DNA of 47,720 nt from contig JAUCBJ010000702.1 of the NCBI GenBank assembly GCA_032718475.1, positions 1-47,720 of the forward strand, in the 5' to 3' direction. The position numbers and the translations under genes are program-made. Below are positions 12,725-24,833 of the stretch, piece by piece. This stretch comes from Nemertoderma westbladi. Lineage: Eukaryota > Animalia > Xenacoelomorpha. Position 1 is the first letter of the stretch. The number at the start of each line of letters is the position of its first letter. The notes beneath the pieces were generated by a model. That model was not told the DNA's origin. It worked only from the letters and a program-made list of their open reading frames with translations, and ran no database searches.

Positions 12725-13045
12725 CCGGGTGTTCCATATTGATTGCCACCCCCCTGGCCAGCCAAAACTGCCAGACACGCACCTTTAGTGTAATATATCA
12801 TTCGAAAGAGAATTTAATTCTGAGCTTGCATGCAAAAATTTAAGGTACAAAACAATAAATACCAACCAAAACCAATACAAAAGTATAAATTTTTATACTT
12901 TTGTATTGGACCCTAAATTTTTGCATGCAAGCTCAGAATTAAATTATCTTTCGAATGATATTACACTAAGGTGCATGTCTGGCAGTTTTGGCTGGCCAGG
13001 GCAAGGGGGGGGGGGGGGGGGGGGCAATCATTATGGAACACCCGG
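12725..13045. mobile_element. Tc1/mariner-type MITE (near-palindromic)
   Basis: TA|CCGGGTGTTCCATA...TATGGAACACCCGG|TA, with inverted arms over 100 bp. Confidence 0.85.
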
Positions 13046-13164
13046 TAGTAACACAGTTTAGTTTAAGCCTCATAGTAAATCTATAGCCTCTTATAGTAAC
13101 CTCTTATAGTAAAAGTATCTGTTAATATTAAAATATATATTGTTGATTTATTTTAAATTTATAG

Positions 13165-13330
13165 ACAACCCGATGATGAAACAGGTCTTCCCCGTGTCAG
13201 CAACTACCTAGTGAAGGTTTTAAACGATGTCTACAGTATAGAGGGAACTCAACAGACCTATAACAGTCTAGATAGTCTTATAGACAACTACTTTGCGGTA
13301 CAACTAGATGATGTTACGTTAAGTATACCG
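13165..13330 (+). CDS. crk: Crk-family adaptor exon 2 (C-half of SH2)
   Basis: Phase-2 entry. RVSNYLV...YNSLDSLIDNYFAVQLDDVTLSIP matches Crk RVSHYII...[24 protein letters not shown]. Donor GTTAGT, phase 0. Not in the ORF track. Confidence 0.88.
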
Positions 13331-14060
13331 GTTAGTACATAACTATACCAGTTAGTAACTAACTATACCAGTTAGTGCCTAACTATACCAGTTAGTAACT
13401 AACTATACCAGTTAGTGCCTAACTATACCAGTTAATGTCTAACTATAACTGTTAAAATGTCTAACTATACCAGTTAGTAACTAAATATACCAGTTAGTGC
13501 CTAACTATACCAGTTAATGTCTAACTATAACTGTTAAAATGTCTAACTATACCAGTTAGTAACTAACTATACCAGTTAGTGCCTAACTATACCAGTTAAT
13601 GTCTAACTATAACTGTTAAAATGTCTAACTATACCAGTTAGTAACTAAATATACCAGTTAGTGCATAACAATACCAAGTGCCTAACTATACCAGTTAATG
13701 TCTAGCTATAACTGTTAAAATATGTAACTATACCGGTTAGTGCCTAACTATACCAGTTAGTGCCTAACTATACCAGTTTGTACCTAATTCTATTGATTAT
13801 TACCGAGCCTATCCAGTTATTGTCTAACTATACCTGTTAATGTATAACTATACCAGTTAGTAACTAAATATACCTGTTAATGTCTAACTATACCAGTTAG
13901 TAACTAAATACATCAGTTAGTGCCTAACTACACCAGTTAGTGCCTAACTACACCAGTTAGTGCCTAACTACACCAGTTAGTGCCTAACTATACCAGTTAG
14001 TAACTAAATATACCTGTTAATGTCTAACTATACCAATTAGTGCCTAACTATACCAGTTAC
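13321..14060. repeat. 20-bp minisatellite (AACTATACCAGTTAGTGCCT) starting at the Crk exon-2 donor
   Basis: About 36 degenerate copies seen directly. Confidence 0.93.
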
Positions 14061-14062
14061 TC

Positions 14063-14913
14063 GGAGCTCCGGAACAATTGCTTTCAGACCAAGGCTCAAA
14101 TTTCACATCTAAGATAATTAATTCCATTTGTGAGATTCTTAAGGTAAAAAAAAAGTGTATACAACCCCTTATCATCAGCAGTCAAATGGGTTGGTTGAGA
14201 AGATGAATAGAAGTGTGTTAGACATGTTATCCCATTTTGTTGACAATAATGGTCAGGATTGGGATCAGCATTTACAGCCGGTACTATTTGCGTATAACAC
14301 ATCCACACATTTAACCAATGGTGAATCTCCATATTTTCTAATGCATGGTCGGGAAGCCATATTTCCTATTGGTGATTTTACTTCACATCAGCCACGCCAA
14401 TATGTTGATGTTAAGGATTATGTAGCTGATGTTAAAGATACATTGGGAGCTGCATTTAAAGTTGTACAAGGTAATATGAGAAAATCCCATATTCGATGGA
14501 AAAGACAATATGATAAAATGGCAAGCAGCCATGGCTTTACAGTAGGTGATAGAGTATTTCTCCATTCTCCTTTGGAACTAAAGGGTTCTGGATATAAACT
14601 GGCGCATCCTTTTGGGACCATTCAAAATTGTCTCAACAACTGAACATAATGTGTACTTGATTATATGTAACAGTAAGAATGATCCGAGACCATTTATAGT
14701 TAATGTGGCTCAGTTAATGCAGTGCATGCAGGTGTGACTCCATTCCTGGGAGGTGGTACCGGTACTTCTGATTAACCTAGAACAAGGTTCCAATATAGAC
14801 TGCAATTAAAGGACTCGACTCCAGATAATGAACACGCACACGCAGGTGTAGATCCGAATGAAAAGGGTGACCATTATTACAACTTGCGTTCTCGCAATAA
14901 TATCAGGAGGTGA
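14063..14913 (+). pseudogene. Ty3/Gypsy integrase remnant (core plus C-terminus), frameshifted
   Basis: GAPEQLLSDQGSNFTS, then a frameshift in an A-run, then TTPYHQQSNGLVEKMNR...WDQHL...YNT...SPYFLMHGR...GDRV. Terminal YNLRSR motif at ~14878. Confidence 0.88.
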
Positions 14914-14975
14914 TAGACTAAACATCCGTCTGGACTATAAGCTTGAGGGACCAAGCACAAGATTGTTATGGGGGA

Positions 14976-15250
14976 TGTGGACTGATCTGATATAGGGATA
15001 GAAGGCAGAGATAGGACATGGCACGGCATGGATTGAGAGGAAGACTCTTCCTCTCACCTACCAGTAGGTGGGAGAGGGGTTTTGTACTGTGGTACTGCTG
15101 TATCTTCAGCAGTTGGTGATGGGTATTTGCAGTTTGTAGTCAGACTTGATTGAGATTATTTATAAATTGTTATTTTTTAATGTTGAAAGAAACTGTTGAA
15201 AATATTTATTGAACTAGTTAAATTTGATGTACTAACATCCCTGACTAGTT
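14976..15250 (+). mobile_element. Probable start of the Gypsy 3' LTR
   Basis: Polypurine GGGGGA immediately followed by TGT, about 60 bp after the integrase stop. Right boundary uncertain. Confidence 0.5.
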
Positions 15251-15253
15251 AAC

Positions 15254-18200
15254 ACAGCGGAAACGGAAGTGACAACCGCCTCCGTGGAAGGAACCCAAAG
15301 AGACAGCGGAAAAGGAAGTGACAACCTCCTCCATGGAAGGAACCCAAAGAGACAGCGAAAATGGAAGTGACAACCGCCTACGTGGAAGGAACCCAAAGAA
15401 ACAGCAGAAACGGAAGTGACAACCGCCTCCGTGGAAGGAACCCAAACAGACAGCAAAAATGAAGTGTCATCCGCCTTTGTGGAAGGCACCCAGAGAGACA
15501 GTGGAAACGGACGTGACAACCACCTCTGTGGAAGGAAGCCAAAGAGACAGCGGAAACGCAAGTGACAACTGCCTCTGTGGAAGGAACCCAAAGAGACAGC
15601 GAAAACAGAAGTGACGACCGCCTCCGTAGAAGGAACCCAAAGAGACAGCAGAAATGGAAGTGACAACCGCTTCTGTGGAAGGAACACTAAGAGACAGCGG
15701 AAACGGAAGTGACAACCGCCTCCGTGGAAGGAACCCAAAGAGACAGCGGAAACGGAAGTGACCACCGCCTCCATGGAAGGAACCCAAAGAGACAGCGGAA
15801 ATGGAAGTGACAACCACCTCCGTGGAGGGAACCCAAAGAGACAGCGGAAATGGAAGTGACAACCACCTCCGTGGAGGGAACCCAAAGAGACAGCAGAAAC
15901 GAAAGTGACCACCGCCTCCATGGAAGGAACCCAAAGAGACATCGGAAACGGAAGTGACAACCGCCTCCGTGGAAGGAACCCAAAGAGACAGCGGAAACGG
16001 AAGTGACCACCGCCTCCATGGAAGGAACCCAAAGAGACAGCGGAAATGGAAGTGACAACCACCTCCGTGGAGGGAACCCAAAGAGACAGCAGAAACGGAA
16101 GTGACAACCGTCTCCGTGGAAGGAACCCAAAGAGACAGCGAAAATGAAGTGACATCTGCCTTTGTGGAAGGAACCCAGAGAGACAGTGGAAACGGAAGTG
16201 ACAACCACCTCCGTGGAAGGAACCCAAAGAGACAGCGGAAACGGAAGTGACAATAACCACCTCCATGGAAGGAACCCAAAGAGACATCAGAAACGGAAGA
16301 GTGGAAATGGAAGTGACAACTGCCTCTGTGGAATGAACCCAAAGAGACAGCAGAAATGGAAGTGACAACCGCCTCCATGGAAGGAACCCAAAGAGACAGC
16401 GGAAATGAAGTGTCATCCGCCTTTGTGGAAGGAGCCCAGAGAGACAGTGGAAATGGAAGTGACAACCGCCTCCGTGGAACGAACCCAAAGAGACAGCAGA
16501 AACGAAAGTGACCACCGCCTCCATGGAAGGAACCCAAAGAGACATCGGAAACGGAAGTGACAACCGCCTCCGTGGAAGGAACCCAAAGAGACAGCGGAAA
16601 CGGAAGTGACCACCGCCTCCATGGAAGGAACCCAAAGAGACAGCGGAAATGGAAGTGACAACCACCTCCGTGGAGGGAACCCAAAGAGACAGCAGAAACG
16701 GAAGTGACAACCGTCTCCGTGGAAGGAACCCAAAGAGACAGCGAAAATGAAGTGACATCTGCCTTTGTGGAAGGAACCCAGAGAGACAGTGGAAACGGAA
16801 GTGACAACCACCTCCGTGGAAGGAACCCAAAGAGACAGCGGAAACGGAAGTGACAATAACCACCTCCATGGAAGGAACCCAAAGAGACATCAGAAACGGA
16901 AGAGTGGAAATGGAAGTGACAACTGCCTCTGTGGAATGAACCCAAAGAGACAGCAGAAATGGAAGTGACAACCGCCTCCATGGAAGGAACCCAAAGAGAC
17001 AGCGGAAATGAAGTGTCATCCGCCTTTGTGGAAGGAGCCCAGAGAGACAGTGGAAATGGAAGTGACAACCGCCTCCGTGGAACGAACCCAAAGAGACAGC
17101 AGAAACGGAAGTGACAACCGCCTCCATGGAAGGAACCCAAAGAGACAGTGGAAACGGAAGTGACAACCACCTCCATGGACGGAACCCAAAGGAACAGTGG
17201 AAACGGAAGTGACAACCACCACCATGGATGGAACCCAAAGAGACAGCGGAAATGGAACAGCCACCTCCGTGGAAGGAACCAAAAGAGGCAGCGGAAATGG
17301 AAGTGACAACCGCTTCTGTGGAAGGAACCCAGAGAGACAGTGGAAACAGAAGTGACAACTGCCTCAGTGGAAGGAACTCAAAGAGACTGCGGAAATGGAA
17401 GTGACAACTGCCACTGTGGAAGGAACCCAGAGAGACAGTGGAAACGGAAGTGACAACTGCCTCAGTGGAAGGAACTCAAAGAGACTGCGGAAATGGAAGT
17501 GACAACCACCTCTGTGGAAGGAACCCAAAGAGACAGCGAAAACAGAAGTGACGACCGCCTCCATAGAAGGAACCCAAAGAGACAGCGGAAATGGAAGTGA
17601 CAACCGCTTCCGTGGAAGGAACATAAAGAGACAGCGGAAATGGAAGTGATAACCGCCTCCGTGGAACGAACCCAAAGAGACAGCGGGAACGGAAGTGACA
17701 ACCCCCTCCGTAGAAGGAACCCAAAGAGACAGCGGAAATGGAAGTGAGAACCGCTTCCTTGGAAGGAACATAAAGAGACAGCGGAAATGGAAGTGATAAC
17801 CGCCTCCGTGGAACGAACCCAAAGAGACAGCGGAAACGGAAGTGACAACCGCCTCCATGGAAGGAACCCAAAGAGACAGTGGAAACGGAAGTGACAACCA
17901 CCTCCATGGATGGAACCCAAAGGAACAGTGGAAACGGAAGTGACAACCACCACCATGGAAGGAACCCAAAGAGACAGCGGAAATGGAACAGCCACCTCCG
18001 TGGAAGGAACCAAAAGAGGCAGTGGAAATGGAAGTGACAACTGCCTCAGTGGAAGGAACTCAAAGAGACTGCGGAAATGGAAGTGACAACTGCCTCTGTG
18101 GAAGGAACCCAGAGAGACAGTGGAAACGGAAGTGACAACTGCCTCAGTGGAAGGAACTCAAAGAGACTGCGGAAATGGAAGTGACAACCGCCTCTGTCGA

Positions 18201-18820
18201 AGGAACCCAAAGAGACAGCGAAAACGGAAGTGACAACCGCTTCCATGGAAGGAACCCAAAGAGACAGTGGAAATGGAAGTGACAACCGCCTCCGTGGAAG
18301 GAACCCAAAGAGACAGTGGAAATGGAACAGCCACCTCCGTGGAAGGAACCAAAAGAGGCAGCGGAAAAGGAAGTGTCAACCGCATTTGTAGAAGGAACCC
18401 AGAGAGACAGTGGAAACGGAAGTGGCAACCGCCCCGTGGAAGGAACCCAAAGAGACAGTGGAAACGGAAGTGACAACCACCTCCATGGACGGAACCCAAA
18501 GGAACAGTGGAAACGGAAGTGACAACCACCACCATGGAAAGAACCCAAAGAGACAGTGGAAACGGAAGTGACAACCGCTTCCATGGAAGGAACCCAAAGA
18601 GACAGTGGAAGTGACAACCGCCTCCGTGGAAGGAACCCAAAGAGACAGTGGAAAAGGAAGTGTCAACCGCCTTTGTAGAAGGAACCCAGAGAGACAGTGG
18701 AAACGGAAGTGACAACCGCCCCCGTGGAAGGAACCCAAAGAGACAGTGGAAACGGAAGTGACAATAACCGCCTAAATGGAAGGAACCCAAAGAGACAGTG
18801 GAAATGGAAGTGACAACCTC
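15254..18820. repeat. 49-bp minisatellite array (~3.6 kb) with a 603-bp higher-order duplication
   Basis: Unit GACAGCGGAAACGGAAGTGACAACCGCCTCCGTGGAAGGAACCCAAAGA (period 15302 to 15351). Identical variant blocks lie 603 bp apart (16162/16765). Confidence 0.97.
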
Positions 18821-19049
18821 GATTTCATCGAGGATTGGCTGAGTTATTATCGTTTAAATATTGGACGTGACAGAACAACAGTTACACTGATTGAGATAGT
18901 GATACCCGTATGCTAAGCTCGCTTACTTTTGTGGCTCGCCCCACACTATAATTCACATATTATTTAAATATTTCATAACTCTGAGTTCAATGTCTGATAC
19001 TGCAATGTTGACAATCTTGAATTTAATTGTAGTTTCGATTTACTTTCAG

Positions 19050-19210
19050 TATCGCCGATTAATGTCAATGGATGAGAGACCCCAACCGAAACCGCGGTCG
19101 CTGACAGCCTGTAGCGACCACACTGGGGGGCCAGACGGATCCTTCACTAACCCATCCGGTTACTGCACAATACCTACAGCCTCCACTCCAACAGATCCCT
19201 TGACCTCCTC
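19050..19210 (+). CDS. crk: Crk-family adaptor exon 3 (Pro/Ser/Thr-rich SH2-SH3 linker)
   Basis: tactttcAG acceptor, GTGAGT donor. Its phase 0-to-2 change is required to join exon 2 (phase 0) to exon 4 (phase 2). Confidence 0.75.
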
Positions 19211-19612
19211 GTGAGTATCAGAATGCCGCAATGAAATGTTAAGCTGTTCGATATTTTACGTTCCTTAAAGATATATATTTTATTTTTAGTTTTTTTTAAA
19301 ATTATTACACCCCCAAGCGAGGCAACTGCGGAATTTAATCATTATTTCAATAAATTGACCAATAAATACAAATATGTTAAAATAGAATATAGGAATGACA
19401 TAATGACACAATATGAATTGATAATGAAATTGAAAATTAATTAACTAAAACGGATAATTGTTATATTATTGTAAAATAAGGATATATTGAAAATATATCG
19501 AGACATGAAAAATATCGAGTGAAAAAATAACGCGAGTAAATATATCGAGAGTCGAAAAATTATCGAAAATATATGTAAATATCGATAATATCGCGAGTTC
19601 AAAAAAAAAAAT

Positions 19613-21998
19613 CAAATCGAGAGTAAAAATATCGAGAATGAAAATATCGAGAGTAAAAATATCGAGAATAAAAATATCGAGAGTAAAAATATCGAGAATA
19701 AAAATATCAAGAGTAAAAATATCGAGAGTAAAAATATCGAGAGTAAAAATATTGAGAGTAAAAATATCGAGAATAAAAATATCGAGAGTAAAAATATCGA
19801 GAATAAAAATATCAAGAGTAAAAATATCCAGAGTAAAAATATCGAGAGTAAAAATATCGAGAGTAAAAATATCGAGTGCAAAAATATCGAGAATAAAAAT
19901 ATCGAGAGTAAAAATATCGAGAATAAAAATATCAAGAGTAAAAATATCGAGAGTAAAAATATCGAGAGTAAAAATATTGAGAGTAAAAATATCGAGAATA
20001 AAAATATCGAGAGTAAAAATATCGAGAATAAAAATATCAAGAGTAAAAATATCCAGAGTAAAAATATCGAGAGTAAAAATATCGAGAGTAAAAATATCGA
20101 GTGCAAAAATATCGAGAATAAAAATATCAAGAGTAAAAATATCGAGAGTAAAAATATCGAGAGTAAAAATATCGAGAATAAAAATATCGAGAATAAAAAT
20201 ATCAAGAGTAAAAATATCAAGAGTAAAAATATTGAGAGTAAAAATATCGAGAATAAAAATATCAAGAGTAAAAATATCGAGAGTAAAAATATTGAGAGTA
20301 AAAATATCGAGAATAAAAATATCAAGAGTAAAAATATCGAGAGTAAAAATATCGAGAGTAAAAATATCGAGAATAAAAATATCGAGAATAAAAATATCAA
20401 GAGTAAAAATATCGAGAGTAAAAATATTGAGAGTAAAAATATCGAGAATAAAAATATCAAGAGTAAAAATATCGAGAGTAAAAATATTGAGAGTAAAAAT
20501 ATCGAGAATAAAAATATCAAGAGTAAAAATATCGAGAGTAAAAATATCGAGAGTAAAAATATCGAGAATAAAAATATCGAGAATAAAAATATCAAGAGTA
20601 AAAATATCGAGAATAAAAATATTGAGAGTAAAAATATCGAGAATAAAAATATCGAGAGTAAAAATATCGAGAATAAAAATATCGAGAATAAAAATATCGA
20701 GAGTAAAAATATTGAGAGTAAAAATATCCAGAGTAAAAATATCGAGAGTAAAAATATCGAGAGTAAAAATATCGAGTGCAAAAATATCGAGAATAAAAAT
20801 ATCAAGAGTAAAAATATCGAGAGTAAAAATATCGAGAGTAAAAATATCGAGAATAAAAATATCGAGAATAAAAATATCAAGAGTAAAAATATCGAGAGTA
20901 AAAATATTGAGAGTAAAAATATCGAGAATAAAAATATCAAGAGTAAAAATATCGAGAGTTAAAATATTGAGAGTAAAAATATCGAGAATAAAAATATCAA
21001 GAGTAAAAATATCGAGAGTAAAAATATCGAGAGTAAAAATATCGAGAATAAAAATATCGAGAATAAAAATATCAAGAGTAAAAATATCGAGAGTAAAAAT
21101 ATCGAGAGTAAAAATATCGAGAGTAAAAATATCGAGAATAAAAATATCGAGAATAAAATATCGAGAGTAAAAATATTGAGAGTAAAAATATCAAGAGTAA
21201 AAATATCGAGAGTAAAAATATCGAGGGTATAAATATCGAGAATAAAAATATCGAGAGTAAAAATATCGAGAGTAAAAATATCGAGAGTAAAAATATCGAG
21301 AATAAAAATATCGAGAGTAAAAATATCGAGAATAAAAATATCGAGAATAAAAATATCAAGAGTAAAAATATCGAGAATAAAAATATCAAGAGTAAAAATA
21401 TCGAGAGTAAAAATATCGAGAGTAAAAATATCGAGAGTAAAAATATCGAGAGTAAAAATATCGAGAGTAAAAATATCGAGAGTAAAAATATCGAGAATAA
21501 AAATATCGAGAATAAAATATCGAGAGTAAAAATATTGAGAGTAAAAATATCAAGAGTAAAAATATCGAGAGTAAAAATATCGAGGGTATAAATATCGAGA
21601 ATAAAAATATCGAGAGTAAAAATATCGAGAGTAAAAATATCGAGAGTAAAAATATCGAGAATAAAAATATCGAGAGTAAAAATATCGAGAATAAAAATAT
21701 CGAGAGTAAAAATATCGAGAATAAAAATATCGAGAATAAAAATATCGAGAGTAAAAATATCGAGAGTAAAAATATCGAGAATAAAAATATCGAGAATAAA
21801 AATATCGAGATTAAAAATATCGAGAATAAAAATATCGAGAATAAAAATATCGAGAGTAAAAATATTGAGAGTAAAAATATCAAGAGTAAAAATATCGAGA
21901 GTAAAAATATCGAGAGTAAAAATATCGAGTGTAAAAATATCGAGAGTAAAAATATCAAGAGTAAAAATATCGAGAGTAAAAATATCGAGAGTAAAAAA
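19613..21998. repeat. 15-bp AT-rich satellite (AAAAATATCGAGA[G/A]T), about 160 copies
   Basis: Seen directly. Degenerate copies at 19490-19612. Source of the KISRV/SIFLL ORFs. Confidence 0.98.
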
Positions 21999-22043
21999 TT
22001 TCCAGACTAAAATAGGAACATGCTAAATTATAAAATAAATAGA

Positions 22044-23457
22044 TTAAACGTTTGCTAGAGTTGCGAGAGATGGGGCAGATGAACAGACCAAGATATGGCA
22101 TTTATCTGTAATGGGCGAGTGACAGAATTTACATGCAAATGAATCCGATAAAGAGTGGAAAGGGCGTTGGTCCAGACAGAGTTTATGGTGGAACCCGTGC
22201 TCTGTCGTCTGACAGAGTTTATGGTGGAACCCGTGCGCTGTCGTCCGACAGAGTTTATGGTGGAACCCGTGCGTTGTCGTCCGACAGAGTTTATGGTGAA
22301 ACCCGTGCTCTGTCGTCCGACAGAGCACGTGGCGGTTCCTTTCTTTGGCCGGCTGATCTCCAGGTGGTCGATTTAAATGCTGAGCCTCGGATGAAACCTT
22401 CGTTAATAAAGTGGTTCTGGCGATCGGCTATAAAAGCTTTATAAGATTGCACCACGTCTTTGTCGAAAATATTATTGTGTTTAGATAGGATGCATTCCAC
22501 TAGAGTTCTTTCTCCCATAGGATTATGTGCTAAAGTTGAGGAGGCATTGGTGGGAAGACCTAGTTTCTATAAAAAGGACGATTTAATTTTATCAAGCTCT
22601 TTTAGATTATTTAGTTTTAAAAACTTCCCATATGATGTAATGGCATATAGAGCTTTCGGGGCGATTTCACCGTTAAATATTTTGAGAGTGGTATCAGCAG
22701 ATAAAAGAGGTAAATAGCTAAGTGAACCTATTATACTGTAGCAATCACGTTTTTTTCTGTCTATATGTCTGCTGAAACTGAGATAAGATTGCACTGTTAA
22801 ACCTAGATAGTTATAGGAATTTTCAATTTTGACAATATCACCACCGAAATAAAATACATCGCTGTTATTTAATCGGCCACCTTTCCTAAATTTTAAGATT
22901 TTAGTTTTCTTAAGGTTAACCATCATTCCATTCTCCGAACACCATAAATGTACTAGGTTTAAAGCTAACTGTATGTCTGTGGCACTGTTCGAGTAAGTGA
23001 CTAGATCATCTGCATAAAATATAAAAGAGATAGTGTGGGCTATAGAAAGAAGTCTGTAGGCCAAATCTGCAATGAATAACGAAAATAATGTTGGAGATAA
23101 ACAATCTCCCTGTAAAACACCTCTAAGCTGGCTAATAACGTTAGAGAGTCTAAGACCATCAAATATACGAATTGAGTTATTGAGAATATCGCGAATAATA
23201 TTATAAACTTTCCCCTTAATACCGGAGTTGTAAATTTTAAATAAAAGTTTAGCTCTAGAAACAAGGTCAAAAGCCTTTTTAAAATCAATAAAACAGGTGT
23301 ATACTTTACGGTCACTGCGTGATGATGAGCTAAGTGAGTTATGTATATGAGAAAGGAATTTATCTAATGCTTGAGTTGTTGACTTTCCACGCAGAAACCC
23401 ATATTGAACCGGTGGGAACTGGGAAGCTAGATTTGACATAATTATTTTGTTAAAAAT
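22044..23457 (-). mobile_element. 5'-truncated non-LTR retrotransposon (LINE): RT domain plus C-terminal Cys/His finger, decayed
   Basis: QYGF..GKST, FIDFKKAFDLV, GVLQGDCLSPTLF, YADDL, NLKKTK, YLG motifs. Continues past an in-frame TAG (22567) and a frameshift to HGFHHKLC...CKFC...HILVC. Confidence 0.92.
22175..22326. repeat. 36-bp tandem repeat x4 within the LINE C-terminus (LCRTTxHGFHHK)
   Basis: Units at 22175, 22211, 22247 and 22283. Confidence 0.9.
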
Positions 23458-23465
23458 CGATGTGG

Positions 23466-23560
23466 CTGGTTGTTGTGAAGGAATTCCACTTCAGTTTCAG
23501 GGTGTGAACGCTTTTCTGGTTGTTGTGAAGGAATTCCACTTCAGTTTCAGGGTGTGAACG
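23466..23560. repeat. 50-bp tandem repeat interrupted by the BEL insertion
   Basis: CTGGTTGTTGTGAAGGAATTCC...GTGTGAACG x2. The repeat resumes at 40426-40449 on the other side of the element. Confidence 0.85.
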
Positions 23561-24833
23561 TGTAAAAGCTTCTGTGGGATATAACTGGCCCCTTTGCTTC
23601 GCAATCCAGTTTCCCCCCAGGCGCTGGAATACTCTAAAAAGGTTCTCTAACTGTATATATATTCCCCTCGCCCTCAAGGTACCGTTACAGGTGTTTTAAC
23701 GGACATAAAAGTCATTCTGCTATATACGTGTTTTAGCGGACATGGTAAGGCAAAAAACCTGCAATGCGACAAATACCTTTCATAGCTTAGCCGTGATGAT
23801 TCATATTACGACATCTAACAGCTGGTTGCTGACATGGAAACAGCCATTGGACGCATGGTTCTTTGTTTGGCTTGAGCCAATCAGAGCGATTTTTCCTGTC
23901 GACGTGTAGCTTTTCGGTCGATCATAAGGAGAGTGTTCAGTCTTACTGTTTTTTCTTGATACTTTGTTGTTATTGCTGTCTAGGCCAGGAACAACGGCTC
24001 TAGAATCAATTTGTTTCATACTTTTAGAAGAAACATTAGTAGGCTAAAATTATAGAGCGTATGACTGTTATCAGTCAGTTCAGTTCAGTTCTTAACAACT
24101 CACATATCGGTACATATCAGTTTATATCATATCTTAACTTACCGTCTTAATGCTGTTTACTATTGTGTTTTGGTTGAATATCATTTGGAGAACATATATA
24201 AAGAACCCAAATTTCCCAATTTTCTTGATACACTACAGGTTAGAGAGACGGGTTATATATAGCGATTGCGACTTATATTGTTGTGGTTTGTAGTGAATTT
24301 AATGCTATTTGATAAGCACTACAGTGGTCCGTTGCTATTCCCTTTATATATGATAAAATTCATTGACGGTCGGCAAATTAGTGAGCAGTATTGTGTGTTA
24401 CCGGTAGTGTGCATGATTGTGACTGATAACTAAGCATTTCCTAAAGAATGCGCCTCATATGTGAATCTTAAGCTTTACCGACTTACCGTTGTGATTAGTG
24501 TAAGTCATATCTCTGTTTACTTAGATAGAGCGCCACGTCCTAAAGGAACTGTTAATATTTCCCGAAAGTGAATAATATTAGTCAGAAATTAATTATTAAC
24601 GATCAATCGAATAATACAATACAGTAAGCTTCACTGCAATAATAATTTAAGCCCTCAGAATCCAGTCTCCCGGGAATATCCAGCGGGTGAATGGACGCGC
24701 ACTAGGCTGGCTTCTGCTAATGTTGTGTTTGTTGGTATTAAATATTTGTCTTCTTCTAAAGTATATTTATAAACCAAAAGACATATAAATTTTGGCAGGT
24801 TAAACTGCTAAAGGTCTTCCAAAAGCGCGTACA
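23561..24833 (+). repeat. 5' LTR
   Basis: TGTAAAAGC...GCGTACA; direct repeat of 39153-40425. Confidence 0.97.

Noticed and set aside
15232-18790. Long minus-strand ORFs up to 708 aa
   Set aside because: The 49-bp unit cycles through frames and lacks stops on the pyrimidine-rich strand; these are satellite artefacts.
19612-21958. KISRV / SIFLL ORFs (442-510 aa)
   Set aside because: Translation of the 15-bp satellite.
23450-24019. Small minus-strand ORFs repeated at 38967-39611
   Set aside because: Duplicated only because they lie in the LTRs; no coding signature.
24039-24080. tRNA-Asn-like stretch in the LTR (TAGAGCG..ATGACTGTTA)
   Set aside because: No complete anticodon stem, T-arm (GTTC) or acceptor stem. 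Kept only as a reason to test tRNA-half priming.
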